Shown here: piece by piece, positions 32,455 to 44,247 of the stretch
How positions within the stretch are numbered: position 1 is the first letter of the stretch
How the letters are laid out: each line of letters starts with the position of its first letter
Source of the DNA: Porticoccaceae bacterium
GTDB lineage: Bacteria > Pseudomonadota > Gammaproteobacteria > Pseudomonadales > Porticoccaceae
Assembly: GCA_018654575.1 (NCBI GenBank)
Contig: JABILI010000088.1
Span: 440-64,439 of the forward strand
DNA length: 64,000 nucleotides
Reading direction: 5' to 3'
Notes under the pieces: model-generated
Databases searched by the model: none
Seen by the model: only the letters and a program-made list of their open reading frames with translations
Told to the model about the DNA's origin: nothing
Position numbers and translations under genes: made by a program

Positions 32455-33627
32455 CTAGTCTGCTTGCTTTCTTAAGAAAGCAGGTACATCGAGATAATCT
32501 AATTCAGGATCATCTTGAGCCTGTACTTTACGAGCGGTTGCCCCCTCGCCTAAGGATGAACCTCGACGCAAACTGGTTGGCTGATCGAGTCTCCCATAGT
32601 CTATATCTCCACTCATTTTACGGGGTGGTTGATTATCAATAACCACTCCACGAGGACCTGTTTTAGCACTAGGCGTACGTAGGCCGGTAGCGACAACGGT
32701 AACTCTCAACTGATCAGTTAGCTCTGCATCAAACACACTACCAACAATGATCGTAGCGTCTTCATCTGCAAATTCACGGACCGTATTACCCACATCCTCA
32801 AACTCGCCCAAGGTAAGGTCAAAACCACTGGTGATGTTAACCAAGATGCCTTTAGCACCTTGAAGGTTAATATCCTCCAAGAGTGGACAACGAATAGCAC
32901 TCTCCGCAGCAATAATTGCACGGTCAGTGCCACTGGCTTCGCCAGTACCCATCATCGCCATGCCCATTTCAGACATAACAGTGCGAACATCAGCAAAGTC
33001 GACGTTAATCAAGCCGTCAAGGAGAATTAGATCAGTAATACCCTGAACCGCTCCGAAAAGCACATCGTTGGCTTGTTTGAAGGCGCTGAGTACGGTCATG
33101 TCTTTACCCAATACCTGCAACAGTTTTTCATTGGGCACAATAATCAAGGAATCCACGCGCTCCTTCATCTGAGCGATACCCTCATCGGCGATAGCCATAC
33201 GCTTACGACCTTCAAAACCAAAGGGTCTGGTAACAACACCAACCGTTAAGATGCCCATTTGCTTGGCAATTTCAGCAATAACGGGTGCGCCGCCAGTACC
33301 TGTACCACCACCCATACCAGCGGTGATAAAGACCATATCAGCGCCCTCTAAGACCTGGGCGATACGCTCCTTATCTTCCATTGCTGCTTGGCGGCCTATT
33401 TCTGGATTGGCACCGGCGCCTAAGCCTTTAGTCAATGATCCACCCAACTGCAAAACAGTTGCATTGTCTAGATTGAGCATTGACTGTGCATCAGTATTAG
33501 CACAGATAAAATGCACCCCATCGATATTACTATCGATCATATGACGGACAGCGTTACAACCACCGCCACCTACGCCTACCACTTTAATTTCTGCATTCTT
33601 TGGAATGCTATCTACTAATTCAAACAT
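32455..33627 (-). CDS. ftsZ: Cell division protein FtsZ
   Basis: GMGGGTGTG tubulin motif, INVDFAD and C-terminal LDVPAFLRKQAD. Confidence 0.99.
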   Translation of the reverse strand: MFELVDSIPKNAEIKVVGVGGGGCNAVRHMIDSNIDGVHFICANTDAQSMLNLDNATVLQLGGSLTKGLGAGANPEIGRQAAMEDKERIAQVLEGADMVFITAGMGGGTGTGGAPVIAEIAKQMGILTVGVVTRPFGFEGRKRMAIADEGIAQMKERVDSLIIVPNEKLLQVLGKDMTVLSAFKQANDVLFGAVQGITDLILLDGLINVDFADVRTVMSEMGMAMMGTGEASGTDRAIIAAESAIRCPLLEDINLQGAKGILVNITSGFDLTLGEFEDVGNTVREFADEDATIIVGSVFDAELTDQLRVTVVATGLRTPSAKTGPRGVVIDNQPPRKMSGDIDYGRLDQPTSLRRGSSLGEGATARKVQAQDDPELDYLDVPAFLRKQAD

Positions 33628-33687
33628 AGTGTTCCCCTTATTTGCGCCTCACAATTATCAAACATTTGTCGCTAGACTTAGCGACCC

Positions 33688-34923
33688 TTAAACTCCACTT
33701 TGAAACCAACTTTTAAGCTTTTCAAACATACTTCCACTTTCGGTATTAGCACGATCGCTACTACCTAATTTGCGTTGTTCTGCAACGCCAAAATGAAGCA
33801 GCCCAACCCCTGTTGAGTAAATGGGGTTGTTAACAATGTCCGAAAGTCCTCTTACATTAGTTGGCGCACCTATTCTTACTGGCATGTGGAAAATCTCTTC
33901 CGCCAATTCAGTGACACCTTCCATTTTTGATGTGCCTCCGGTAAGTACTATCCCGGCAGCAATAAGTTCTTCAAATCCACTTCTTCGTATCTCCGCCTGC
34001 ACTAATGTAAATAGTTCGTCATATCTCGGCTCGACGACTTCGGCAAGCAATTGCCGAGACATATCACGAGACTCACGATCACCCACGCTTGGAACCTTTA
34101 CCGTTTCTTCAGGGCGGGCCAACTTGGCCAAAGCACAGGCATATTTAACTTTAAGATCTTCTGCATGTGCTGTTGGCGTTCGCAATGCCATAGCAATGTC
34201 ATTGGTCACCTGGTCACCGGCAATGGGTATAACGCCCGTGTGACGGATAGATCCCTCAGTGAAAATAGCGATATCCGAAGTTCCGCCACCAATATCAACC
34301 AAGGCAACACCTAGTTGCTTCTCATCCTCGGTCAACACCGCATAGCTTGACGCCAACTGCTCAAGGGCAAGATCATCTACCTCAAGACCACATCGGCGAA
34401 TACACTTTTTGATGTTTTGAGCCGCGTTGGCCGCGCAGGTAACCAAATGAACTTTGGCCTCTAAACGTACTCCAGACATGCCAATGGGCTCGCGGACTCC
34501 TTCTTGATCGTCGATAATAAATTCTTGTGGTAGCACATGAAGTATTTCTTGGTCAGCTGGAATTGCTACAGCTCGAGCGGCATCAATAACTCTCTCTAGG
34601 TCTAAGGGCTGAACTTCGCGATCTCTGATAGCAACAATACCGTGGGAATTTAGGCTACGAATGTGACTGCCTGCTATTCCGGCATAAACGGAATGGATTG
34701 AGCATCCCGCCATCAGCTCGGCCTCCTCAATCGCACGCTGAATAGAGCTAACTGTCGCCTCAATATTGACCACCACGCCTTTCTTTAGCCCAGACGATGT
34801 ATGCATTCCGGTTCCGACGATTTCTAACTCGCCTCCCGGTCCTACAGCGCCCACAATTGCAACCACCTTAGACGTGCCTATATCTAAGGCAACCACCATG
34901 TTTTCTTCATTTGAACTGCTCAT
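33688..34923 (-). CDS. ftsA: Cell division protein FtsA
   Basis: LDIGTSKV, VDIGGGTSD and LTGGTSK. Confidence 0.98.
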   Translation of the reverse strand: MSSSNEENMVVALDIGTSKVVAIVGAVGPGGELEIVGTGMHTSSGLKKGVVVNIEATVSSIQRAIEEAELMAGCSIHSVYAGIAGSHIRSLNSHGIVAIRDREVQPLDLERVIDAARAVAIPADQEILHVLPQEFIIDDQEGVREPIGMSGVRLEAKVHLVTCAANAAQNIKKCIRRCGLEVDDLALEQLASSYAVLTEDEKQLGVALVDIGGGTSDIAIFTEGSIRHTGVIPIAGDQVTNDIAMALRTPTAHAEDLKVKYACALAKLARPEETVKVPSVGDRESRDMSRQLLAEVVEPRYDELFTLVQAEIRRSGFEELIAAGIVLTGGTSKMEGVTELAEEIFHMPVRIGAPTNVRGLSDIVNNPIYSTGVGLLHFGVAEQRKLGSSDRANTESGSMFEKLKSWFQSGV

Positions 34924-34947
34924 AATTTTTCCCTTTTTAGCCTGTCA

Positions 34948-35754
34948 TCAAGCTGAGCTAGAGACGTTTTTTAATAACCCTTGGTCTTCGTTATCCGCCA
35001 GTGCACTTTCTTTCCAAGACACTGCTAATCCATTTGGATAGCGTAAATCGATGGTTTCTATGTTGTCTGACTGTAAACTCAAGCCAGACTGCCAAACTAT
35101 AACGAGCCTCCGTATTTTCTCAGCGACCTCATCGCGACCCAATATCAACCTAATACCCGGGGCAGTAGCCGCCTGCCAAGCGCCAACGCTATCTCGCTGT
35201 AACTCGGTCAATTTCAGGTTGATAGGAATAAGTAACTCGGCCAATAATTGATACTGTTGAATCATGTCTTGCGTGGTACCAAATTCAGCGCGCAGGACAG
35301 GTAAAGATCTAAGATTACTATTGTCAGCAATCTCAAGCTGATCCCCTAAACGATTAAGAAACCCCTGTTTACCCAAACGAGCAATAGGCACTTCTTCAAC
35401 TACCTCGACTTTTAAGGTAGAGGGCCATTCACGTCTAATACTGACTTCGTGAACCCATGGGTGGCCCTGCAGTTGCTCGCGTAATTGATTTAAATTCATA
35501 CTTAAAAATCCCCCATCTATCTGACCATTGACCAAGTTAGCTAACTCTTCTTTTTGGAGGTGTTTAAACTCTCCTCCCACGACAATTCTGGTTAAAGGTG
35601 TGTCAATCTGTTTATAGATATGGTCCCCACCCACAATCACGGCAGCAAAAACAAGAACCATGACCAGTCGTAATAATTTTTCATTAAAGCCATCAGCAAA
35701 CCTTTGCTTTGATGAGTTTTTAAAATTTGCCCCTTGAGTCACCTTTTTATTCAT
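34948..35754 (-). CDS. ftsQ: Cell division protein FtsQ
   Basis: One TM segment, POTRA-like region (PWVHEVSIRREWPSTL), IDLRYPNGLAVSW and position between ddl and ftsA. Confidence 0.93.
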   Translation of the reverse strand: MNKKVTQGANFKNSSKQRFADGFNEKLLRLVMVLVFAAVIVGGDHIYKQIDTPLTRIVVGGEFKHLQKEELANLVNGQIDGGFLSMNLNQLREQLQGHPWVHEVSIRREWPSTLKVEVVEEVPIARLGKQGFLNRLGDQLEIADNSNLRSLPVLRAEFGTTQDMIQQYQLLAELLIPINLKLTELQRDSVGAWQAATAPGIRLILGRDEVAEKIRRLVIVWQSGLSLQSDNIETIDLRYPNGLAVSWKESALADNEDQGLLKNVSSSA

Positions 35755-36695
35755 CCTATCGATTCCTCTAATATAGATAGAACCAAGTCGTCAAATCTAA
35801 GACCAGCCGCGCTTGCAGCCATCGGCACCAAGCTATGGCTGGTCATTCCAGGCACCGTATTGACCTCAAGGAGCTGGAAGCTTCCTTCGCTATCGACCAT
35901 TACATCGACGCGACCCCATCCTTCACAGTCAAGGCTGTTGAATGCAGCGATCGACAATTCTCGCAATTCAACTTCTCGTGCATCAGATAGCCCACTAGGA
36001 CAAAAATAAGCGGTCTCATCTGAGAAATACTTGGCTTGATAGTCGTAGAACACTTCTTTGGCCTGAATGCGAATAGACGGCAAGGCTTGATCACCCAGAA
36101 TAGCAACCGTGTACTCCTCACCCTCCAACAAGGGCTCTGCGATAACCACATTATTGAAATCTGCCGCGTGCCGCCAAGCAGTTTTAAGTTGATGGACATT
36201 TTCCACCCGACTCATGCCAATACTGGAACCTTCACACGCAGGTTTAACCATGATCTTGCCACCCAATGCATCCAGCACTGCGCCCCAATCAGTGCTCTCT
36301 TCTAGCAGAGCAAAATCTGTGGTAGGTAATCCAATTCTCTGCCAAATTTGTTTGCAACGGAGCTTGTCCATTGCCAGGGCAGACGCTGAGATACCGCTTC
36401 CCGTGTAGGGTAGGTTCAGAGACTCAAGGGAGGCCTGTAATGTGCCATCCTCACCACCAGGGCCGTGTAATGCTATAAATACACGATCTAACTGGTAGCT
36501 AGGTAGCCTCTGTAGAATATCTTCTTGGACGTCAATCGCTATAACGTCTACATTGAGATTTTGCAGTGCAATGAGAACAGCTTCACCGGTCATCAGAGAT
36601 ATCTCACGCTCTGAGGAAAGACCACCATATAGGAGGCCAACACGGCCAAATTTGCTCGGATTTAGTACGGAGGTATCTATGGATTTATGATTCAT
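35751..36695 (-). CDS. ddl: D-alanine--D-alanine ligase
   Basis: [27 protein letters not shown] and [10 protein letters not shown]. Confidence 0.97.
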   Translation of the reverse strand: MNHKSIDTSVLNPSKFGRVGLLYGGLSSEREISLMTGEAVLIALQNLNVDVIAIDVQEDILQRLPSYQLDRVFIALHGPGGEDGTLQASLESLNLPYTGSGISASALAMDKLRCKQIWQRIGLPTTDFALLEESTDWGAVLDALGGKIMVKPACEGSSIGMSRVENVHQLKTAWRHAADFNNVVIAEPLLEGEEYTVAILGDQALPSIRIQAKEVFYDYQAKYFSDETAYFCPSGLSDAREVELRELSIAAFNSLDCEGWGRVDVMVDSEGSFQLLEVNTVPGMTSHSLVPMAASAAGLRFDDLVLSILEESIG

Positions 36696-38125
36696 AAAGG
36701 CACCTGCCCTAATTGACTATCCGCTAGTAAAGAAACCAGCTTGCTGACACTACCAGCGCCCTGTGTCATCACTAGATCGCCATCCTGTACCAACCCTGAG
36801 AGAAGCGCTGGAACATCTTCAAGATTAGTGACATAAATAGGATCTATGTGCCCACGCTGACGAATGCTTCCACACAAGGTTTTGCTGGTCGCACCCGCAA
36901 TGACCTCCTCTCCTGCTGAATAAACGTCTAACACTAACAACACATCAACCGTAGACAAGACGTCAACGAATTCTTCGTAGAGGTCTCTAGTTCGCGTATA
37001 ACGATGGGGCTGAAAGATCATGACCAGCCGCTGATCGGGCCATCCATCGCGGACAGCTTGTATCGTGGCCTGGACTTCTGTGGGGTGATGTCCATAATCA
37101 TCATAGAGTGTGGCGGTACCACCCTTTACGGGGTAATCTCCGATCTGTTCAAAACGACGTCCAACGCCACCGAACTCTCGCAATGCTGTGATAATGGCTT
37201 GGTCAGATAAACCTTCGTCACTCGCTACGGCAATCGCAGCGGCGGCATTTAAGGCATTATGTCGCCCAGGAATACTAAGGCTGATATCTAAAGGGGACAG
37301 ACCATCTGGTCGATCAATGGTAAAGAAGCATTGGTGTTGATCACTTTTTACGTCACGGATGCGATAAGCTGCGTCTTCGCTAAAGCCGTATGTTAGCGTA
37401 GGCCTTCCCACGCTAACCAACATATTTCGAATCACATCATCATCAATACATAGCACCGCCAAACCATAAAATGGCAAGTTGTGCAGAAACGTAATATAGG
37501 TATCTTTCATGACTTCGAAGTCAAAGCCATAGGTTTCCATATGATCAGCTTCGATGTTGGTCACCACAGACACCATGGGCTGCAAGTGCAAGAATGAGGC
37601 ATCGCTTTCGTCAGCTTCGGCAACTAGATAACGGCTGCCGCCAAGTTTAGCATTGGTGCCTATGCTATTTACTCGGCCTCCGACGATAAAAGTAGGATCA
37701 CATCCTGCTTCAGCAAAAATAGCTGTAATTAAACTGGTTGTCGTGGTTTTTCCATGAGTGCCGGCTACCGCAATACCGTGGCGATAGCGCATAAGCTCTG
37801 CGAGCATCTCGGCACGCCTTACCACCGGAATACCATTGGCAATAGCCGTAGCGATTTCAATATTTTCAAAGGTCACAGCCGAAGATTTAACCACCACATC
37901 AGCACCATCGATATGCGATTTTTTGTGCCCTTTGAATACTTGAGCCCCCGCCTTAATAAGGCGATTGACGCTAGCATTAATGGCAATATCTGATCCAGAT
38001 ATCTCATAGCCCTGGTTAAGCAGGACTTCAGCAATACCACACATACCACTTCCGCCAATACCTACGAAATGAATACGCCCAATGCGACGCATTTCTGGGA
38101 CTTGGAAGTTTGCTATATTAACCAC
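36692..38125 (-). CDS. murC: UDP-N-acetylmuramate--L-alanine ligase
   Basis: [29 protein letters not shown] and [12 protein letters not shown] start at 38125 after GGAGG. Confidence 0.97.
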   Translation of the reverse strand: MVNIANFQVPEMRRIGRIHFVGIGGSGMCGIAEVLLNQGYEISGSDIAINASVNRLIKAGAQVFKGHKKSHIDGADVVVKSSAVTFENIEIATAIANGIPVVRRAEMLAELMRYRHGIAVAGTHGKTTTTSLITAIFAEAGCDPTFIVGGRVNSIGTNAKLGGSRYLVAEADESDASFLHLQPMVSVVTNIEADHMETYGFDFEVMKDTYITFLHNLPFYGLAVLCIDDDVIRNMLVSVGRPTLTYGFSEDAAYRIRDVKSDQHQCFFTIDRPDGLSPLDISLSIPGRHNALNAAAAIAVASDEGLSDQAIITALREFGGVGRRFEQIGDYPVKGGTATLYDDYGHHPTEVQATIQAVRDGWPDQRLVMIFQPHRYTRTRDLYEEFVDVLSTVDVLLVLDVYSAGEEVIAGATSKTLCGSIRQRGHIDPIYVTNLEDVPALLSGLVQDGDLVMTQGAGSVSKLVSLLADSQLGQVPL

Positions 38126-39215
38126 AACTAACCTCCATACAGATTCGCGCAACATCTCGAGCAGCAGAGTTCTTAGCCAACTCCCGAGCGCGCAGTGCCA
38201 TGTCTAAACGCTTCTCGGCGTCCCCACAAATTTCAACGAGTTGTTCCGCTAACTGTTCGGCGCTTAACTCAGATTGCTGAATCATAACGGCTGCACCCCG
38301 ACTCACTAAGAGTTGACCATTTGCTGTTTGATGGTCGTCAATAGCAAAGGGAAACGGTATCAGTAAGGACCCTAATCCTGCCGACGTGAGCTCTGCAATT
38401 GTTAAGGCACCCGCTCTACATATGACGAAGTCAGCCCATTCATAAGCTGAGGCCATAGACTCAATAAAATCAATGACCTTAATCTGTTCACTTTGAGGAT
38501 TTAAATCCTGAGCATGATAAAGCTCTATAGTGTCTTGCCAATGGATCTTACCTGTCTGATGGAGCACTTCAGGACGAATCGCTTCATCTATCTGCTTAAG
38601 CGCCTCGGGAAGAATCCGATTGATCGCGAGCGCTCCTCGGCTACCACCAACAATCAGCACACGAGCTTTACCCGTGCGCCCAGCAAATCGTGTTTCCGGC
38701 GATGGTAAATTAGCTATATCGAAACGCACCGGGTTGCCACACCATTCCCCTCGTTTTAACGTATTCGGGAATCCTTGCATTACCTTTGTGGCAAACAGCG
38801 CACTGACACGGTTAGTTGTACCAGCAATAGAGTTTTGCTCATGAATAACGATGGGAACGCGCTTTAGCCAAGCTGCAATAGCACCGGGGCCCGATGCAAA
38901 GCCCCCCATGCCCAGTACAACTTCTGGTTTAAACTGGGAGATCACACGCAATGACTGAACGATAGACCGCAGCAATAGCAGTGGCGCTTTTAACAAAGCA
39001 CCGAGCCCGCGGCCGCGAATACCCTCTATATCTAGATAATGCAGATCAATATGCTGCTCTGGCACTAACTCAGCTTCGATACCTCGACGAGTACCAAGCC
39101 AAGCCAAGACTACATTTTCTTTGCGTAGCTCATCAACCACAGCGAGCGCAGGGAAAACATGCCCTCCAGTTCCGCCGGCCATGATCATTATGCGGTGTTG
39201 TCTGTCAGCCAGCAT
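38118..39215 (-). CDS. murG: Undecaprenyldiphospho-muramoylpentapeptide GlcNAc transferase
   Basis: [26 protein letters not shown] and RAGALTIAE. Start trimmed to ATG 39215. Confidence 0.97.
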   Translation of the reverse strand: MLADRQHRIMIMAGGTGGHVFPALAVVDELRKENVVLAWLGTRRGIEAELVPEQHIDLHYLDIEGIRGRGLGALLKAPLLLLRSIVQSLRVISQFKPEVVLGMGGFASGPGAIAAWLKRVPIVIHEQNSIAGTTNRVSALFATKVMQGFPNTLKRGEWCGNPVRFDIANLPSPETRFAGRTGKARVLIVGGSRGALAINRILPEALKQIDEAIRPEVLHQTGKIHWQDTIELYHAQDLNPQSEQIKVIDFIESMASAYEWADFVICRAGALTIAELTSAGLGSLLIPFPFAIDDHQTANGQLLVSRGAAVMIQQSELSAEQLAEQLVEICGDAEKRLDMALRARELAKNSAARDVARICMEVSCG

Positions 39216-40383
39216 AGCGAGACCCCCGATTATCCAGTTGAGGCTCGTGTAAATCATGGCCAAAACGCAACATCATTCCAATCATGGCACAACACACTAT
39301 TAGGCTACTTCCGCCATAGCTGACGAAGGGTAAAGTGAGCCCTTTGGTAGGCAATAATCCGGCATTAACCCCAAGATTAATAAAAGTCTGTCCACTAATA
39401 AGTAGCCCGAAACCGATAAGAACAAAAGCCGCGTACCAACTTTGTACAGCGATGGCTTTACGACTTAAACTGAATATCCGGCTCACCATTAAGCAATACA
39501 AGCCAACCAGACACAACACACCCAGAAAGCCAAACTCTTCTGCAAAAATGGCAAATACAAAGTCGGTATGAGCCTCTGGTAGATAGAGCATTTTTTGAAC
39601 TGATTGACCTAGCCCAACCCCGAACCACTCGCCTCGCCCAAAGGCAATGAGTGATTGAGTCAACTGATAACCAGAATTAAATTGATCGGACCAAGGGTCA
39701 AGGTAAGCCGTTAATCTAGCGACCCGATAGGGCGCTGAATCTTTCAGTATCCATAGCACAGCCATGCCCACAGTAATAATAAATAAATATTGCCGCAGCT
39801 TCGCTCCGCCCAAGAAGACTAGAACCATGAAAGTACTACCGAGCACAACCACTGAGCCAAAATCTGGCTCCTGTATAAGCAGTATCGACAGCACACCAAT
39901 AACAACCATTAGCTTGCCGAAATCAGACCAGTTACGACCTAGCGTCTCTCGATGCTGCTCAAGATAAGCAGCCAAAAAGACCACTGTAGCGACTTTTGCT
40001 AACTCAGATACCTGCAGGGTGAATCCACCAAAACTCAACCAACGTCGACTTCCGTTGAGCTCTCGGCCAATCCCTGGAATCAGTACCAATACGAGGAGTA
40101 CAACAGCAATCACCATCCATAATCGCGCATAGGTTGACCAAAATGCAGGCCGCACAAAGTACCCGATCATCATTGCCGCTGCACCAAGGATCAAGTAAGC
40201 CATATGCCGTTTAACAAAGAACAGCTCATCACCTAATCGATGATCCGCAAAGCTAAACGAAGCCGACCCAATCATGACAAACCCAATGGATATTAACGCT
40301 AATACAGGAAGCAGCAAGGGCATGTCGACATGCCATCGCCTAGCTTTAGATCCGTTAAAGTTGAGGGGCAAGGTAACTATCAT
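39205..40383 (-). CDS. ftsW: Peptidoglycan polymerase FtsW
   Basis: NGSRRW, QVSELAK, EPDFG, YLPEAHTDF and PTKGLTLPFVSYGGSS. Confidence 0.97.
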   Translation of the reverse strand: MIVTLPLNFNGSKARRWHVDMPLLLPVLALISIGFVMIGSASFSFADHRLGDELFFVKRHMAYLILGAAAMMIGYFVRPAFWSTYARLWMVIAVVLLVLVLIPGIGRELNGSRRWLSFGGFTLQVSELAKVATVVFLAAYLEQHRETLGRNWSDFGKLMVVIGVLSILLIQEPDFGSVVVLGSTFMVLVFLGGAKLRQYLFIITVGMAVLWILKDSAPYRVARLTAYLDPWSDQFNSGYQLTQSLIAFGRGEWFGVGLGQSVQKMLYLPEAHTDFVFAIFAEEFGFLGVLCLVGLYCLMVSRIFSLSRKAIAVQSWYAAFVLIGFGLLISGQTFINLGVNAGLLPTKGLTLPFVSYGGSSLIVCCAMIGMMLRFGHDLHEPQLDNRGSRYAG

Positions 40384-41771
40384 GAGGTCATACCTTCCCG
40401 ACTACCAGTCTTCACTGGCGACAACACAGCCTGACTAAAACAGTGGCCCCGCTCTTCAAAACCGGTAAATGAATCGAAACTTGCACAGGCAGGTGACAGC
40501 AGAACGATATCGCCGGGTCGCGCGGCGCTTTTAGCAACTGCTACAGCTTCAACAAGGGAGTCCGCTCGATAGACCTTAGTTACAGAATGTAATGCATCCT
40601 CTAGCTGCTGCGCATCTTCACCATAAAGAAATCCGCATTTGACAAATGAATCAGCAGCCTCTTTCAGGCCATCGAAATCTTGTCCTTTGCCTTGGCCTCC
40701 AGCAATTAACAAAAGATTTTTATAACTATCAGAACCAAACCCTTCAATAGCCGCTAGTGTTGCACCAATATTGGTTCCCTTCGAATCATTGATATAGCTA
40801 ACATTATCTATAGTGGCGATGGCCTCGCACCGATGAGGTAAGCCTTTAAAGGTTCTTAATGTTTCCAACATCGATACTATCGGCAGTCCTGCGGCGTGAC
40901 CCAGCGCTAATGCAGCGAGTGCATTGCCTATGTTATGCCTGCCTTTCATGGCCACTTCTTCAACCGACAGTAAAACTTGGCTGCCATAGAACAACGATTC
41001 TTGATGATTATGAACAGCCAGTCCAAAATTGCCTTTGCTGGGTCGATCAAGACCAAATGTTAATGTTTGGGACTCTGTCTGCTCTCGTTGCGCGGTCAAA
41101 CTATCCTGTCGATTACTAATAACATACTTGGCCCCACGGAAAATATGGTGCTTTGCAGCAACGTACTGGTCGAGGTCTTTATACCTATCCATATGATCTG
41201 GAGTAACATTAAGCAGACCAACAGTAGCACCCCGGCTACTGGTGAGTAACTCTAATTGAAAGCTCGAGAGCTCTAGTACATACAGTTGGTGCTTAACGGA
41301 AAGCAAGTCAAGCATCGGCAATCCTAAATTACCGCCAACACCAACCTGCAGGCCGCTATTTTTAGCCATCTCTCCTAGCAACGTCGTCACTGTACTCTTA
41401 CCGTTAGAGCCGGTAATAGCCACCACAGGCGCTTCAGCCTGATCTAAAAACAAATCAAGGTCACCGATAAAGGTCACGCCTTTTTGTCGAGCCTTTATAA
41501 GAGCCGATTGGTCCAGGGCGATTCCTGGGCTGATTATGGCAAGGTCGATGTCAGCAAATAGAGCTTCATTAAATTCGCCTAACTGCGTAGAAACCTGCGG
41601 AAAACTATCCCTAACCTCATTCAAGTTAGGCGGCTGTTCACGACTATCAGCAAATACAAATGGCGTTCCAAGTGACGATAAAAATCTGGCCACAGATAGG
41701 CCCGTGGCACCCATGCCAAGGATAGCTATCTTGCTGTTAGTCAGATCTATCTCAGTCACAATTGTTTCCAT
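40380..41771 (-). CDS. murD: UDP-N-acetylmuramoyl-L-alanine--D-glutamate ligase
   Basis: ITGSNGKSTVT, ELSSFQL, DHMDRY, NDSKGTN and LSPACASFD. Start trimmed to ATG 41771. Confidence 0.97.
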   Translation of the reverse strand: METIVTEIDLTNSKIAILGMGATGLSVARFLSSLGTPFVFADSREQPPNLNEVRDSFPQVSTQLGEFNEALFADIDLAIISPGIALDQSALIKARQKGVTFIGDLDLFLDQAEAPVVAITGSNGKSTVTTLLGEMAKNSGLQVGVGGNLGLPMLDLLSVKHQLYVLELSSFQLELLTSSRGATVGLLNVTPDHMDRYKDLDQYVAAKHHIFRGAKYVISNRQDSLTAQREQTESQTLTFGLDRPSKGNFGLAVHNHQESLFYGSQVLLSVEEVAMKGRHNIGNALAALALGHAAGLPIVSMLETLRTFKGLPHRCEAIATIDNVSYINDSKGTNIGATLAAIEGFGSDSYKNLLLIAGGQGKGQDFDGLKEAADSFVKCGFLYGEDAQQLEDALHSVTKVYRADSLVEAVAVAKSAARPGDIVLLSPACASFDSFTGFEERGHCFSQAVLSPVKTGSREGMTS

Positions 41772-41773
41772 TT

Positions 41774-42856
41774 TTATCTTATCTTTAATGTTGCTAGACC
41801 AATAAGGACTAGAACCACTGTAATGATCCAAAAGCGCACAATAACGCGCGGTTCAGGCCATCCTTTTAATTCATAATGATGATGCAAGGGTGCCATTCGG
41901 AAAATACGTTTACCGGTTAGCTTGAATGAAGCCACCTGTAAAATGACGGATACCGTCTCGATAACAAAGACCCCACCCATAATCGCCAACACTATTTCTT
42001 GTCGAACAATCACCGCCATCACACCAAGTGCTGCGCCTAAGGCCAATGCGCCGATATCGCCCATAAAAACCATCGCGGGATAGGTGTTAAACCATAGAAA
42101 ACCAAGGCCCGCTCCGCAGAGCGCCGCAGCAACGATGAGCAGTTCTCCTGCTCCACTGATGAAAGGAATATGTAAATAATTAGCAAACTGATAATTACCG
42201 GTTAGGTACGCAATAATCCCCAAAGCACCGCCGACCATGACAGCTGGTAAAATAGCCAAGCCATCAAGGCCATCGGTTAAATTTACCGCGTTACTCGTGC
42301 CGACAATCACTAAGTAGGTAAATAGGATATAAAAAGGGCCCATCGTGAGCGCAATATTTTTGAAAAAAGGTACAATCAATTCTGTTTCAGCGGGAGTCTG
42401 AGCTCCATAATAAAGAGTGATTGCCGCGCCCAGTCCAAAGACAGACTGCCAGAAATACTTCCACCTAGCGGGTAGCCCACGAGGATCTTTCTCAACGACC
42501 TTCCGGTAATCATCAACCCAGCCAACCAAACCGAAGAAGAAAGTGGTGCCCAGCACTATCCAAACATAGCGATTTTCCAAGTCAGCCCATAACAAGGTAC
42601 TCACAAATATCGATAGTAAAATAAGCGCGCCACCCATAGTAGGTGTTCCGGCCTTGCTTAAATGCGTCTGCGGCCCATCACTGCGTATGACCTGACCCAT
42701 CTGCAGTTGATTAAGTCGCCGAATTACCGCCGGACCAAAGACCCAACTGATAATCAATGAGGTAATAACTGCCAAGATTCCCCTAAGCGTTAGGTACTGA
42801 AACGCTGAGAAAGGACTATAGAACTGACTTAGATAATCTAAAAACCACACTAACAT
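41774..42856 (-). CDS. mraY: Phospho-N-acetylmuramoyl-pentapeptide transferase
   Basis: [26 protein letters not shown] and MAPLHHHYE. Confidence 0.98.
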   Translation of the reverse strand: MLVWFLDYLSQFYSPFSAFQYLTLRGILAVITSLIISWVFGPAVIRRLNQLQMGQVIRSDGPQTHLSKAGTPTMGGALILLSIFVSTLLWADLENRYVWIVLGTTFFFGLVGWVDDYRKVVEKDPRGLPARWKYFWQSVFGLGAAITLYYGAQTPAETELIVPFFKNIALTMGPFYILFTYLVIVGTSNAVNLTDGLDGLAILPAVMVGGALGIIAYLTGNYQFANYLHIPFISGAGELLIVAAALCGAGLGFLWFNTYPAMVFMGDIGALALGAALGVMAVIVRQEIVLAIMGGVFVIETVSVILQVASFKLTGKRIFRMAPLHHHYELKGWPEPRVIVRFWIITVVLVLIGLATLKIR

Positions 42857-44247
42857 GCGTTTTTTTCTCCGCTGACTAACCGTTCAACAATTTTTTCCAT
42901 ACGGGCGCTTCGCGACCCTTTTACTAAAATAGTCACCTCTTCCTTGGCTGCTTTAATGACTGCAACTTTTTGTTGCAGAGTGTCGATTAACAAGTTTTTA
43001 TCCTTAAAATGGCAGGCGCCAAAAGCAATAGCGGCCGATTCACTGAGTGTTCCGAGGGTATATATCTCATCTAGCTTCGCCTGCTTGGCATACTCGCCCA
43101 CCTGTTGATGCAAGAGTCTTTCATCATCACCAAGTTCGCCCATATCACCCATGACCAAACAGCGATAACCTGACATATTGGCTAGAACATCAATCGCAGC
43201 TTTAAATGAATCAGGGTTTGCGTTGTAGGTATCGTCGATGACCAAAACATCATCGCCCATTGTTTTTGGCTCCAGACGCCCAGATACCGGCTTGACCTTA
43301 GCTAATCCATTCGTTATCTGAGTAACAGTTGCGCCTGCAGCTAATGCACAGGCTATTGCTGCTAAGGCATTATTGACACTATGAATTCCAGGATTAGGCA
43401 GCTCTATTAGTTGCTCAACCGCTGCACTGCCGCCTACCTCTCCAACACAAAGAATAAAGCTGTAGCATCCATTTCCTAATTCTTTAATATTCTTGGCGAA
43501 AATATCTGCTCTAGAGTCTTTGATTGAAAAACTAAGGTATTGGCGGTCAGCGATTAAGACCAACCAGTCTTTAGAGTAGGGTTCATCTAGATTTAATATA
43601 GCGACACCGCTAGCGTTAAGACCACTATAGATTTCACTCTTTGCCTCAGCTATCGCCTCAATATTGCCAAACCCAACGATATGAGCCCTCTGAATATTAT
43701 TGATCAGAGCGATGTCAGGTTGTGCTATGGAACAAAGATAGGTGATTTCTCCCGCTGCGCTAGCACCCATCTCAATGACGGCGAAGTCACACTGGTCGTC
43801 CATGTCTAGGAGTGTTAAGGGGACACCGATATGATTATTCAAGTTACCTCTGGTCGCATGAACATTAACGCTCTCTCTTAATATGGCCGCGATCATTTCT
43901 TTAACCGACGTTTTGCCAGAGCTGCCAGTAACCGCTATAACTTGACCGGCAAAGCGATCTCTTCTTAATCTCGCAAGATCACCAAGAGCTTGAGTTGTAT
44001 CCTTCACCACCCACTGCGGGATGCCCAAACTGCTATCTAACGTTGAAACAACAGCACCTGAAATCTTATTGGCGATCGAGGGAATAAACTCATGAGCATC
44101 GAAATTATCTCCCGAAACCGCAATAAATAGATCTCCCTCATTAGCCGTGCGACTGTCAATAGAAACCATTGAGAAAATGCAATCTGGATTGACTAGTGTT
44201 CCGCCAAATCGCATCGCCGCATCAGTGAGACGTATATTTTGCATCAT
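42850..44247 (-). CDS. murF: UDP-MurNAc-tripeptide--D-Ala-D-Ala ligase
   Basis: [29 protein letters not shown] and [10 protein letters not shown]. Confidence 0.97.
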   Translation of the reverse strand: MMQNIRLTDAAMRFGGTLVNPDCIFSMVSIDSRTANEGDLFIAVSGDNFDAHEFIPSIANKISGAVVSTLDSSLGIPQWVVKDTTQALGDLARLRRDRFAGQVIAVTGSSGKTSVKEMIAAILRESVNVHATRGNLNNHIGVPLTLLDMDDQCDFAVIEMGASAAGEITYLCSIAQPDIALINNIQRAHIVGFGNIEAIAEAKSEIYSGLNASGVAILNLDEPYSKDWLVLIADRQYLSFSIKDSRADIFAKNIKELGNGCYSFILCVGEVGGSAAVEQLIELPNPGIHSVNNALAAIACALAAGATVTQITNGLAKVKPVSGRLEPKTMGDDVLVIDDTYNANPDSFKAAIDVLANMSGYRCLVMGDMGELGDDERLLHQQVGEYAKQAKLDEIYTLGTLSESAAIAFGACHFKDKNLLIDTLQQKVAVIKAAKEEVTILVKGSRSARMEKIVERLVSGEKNAC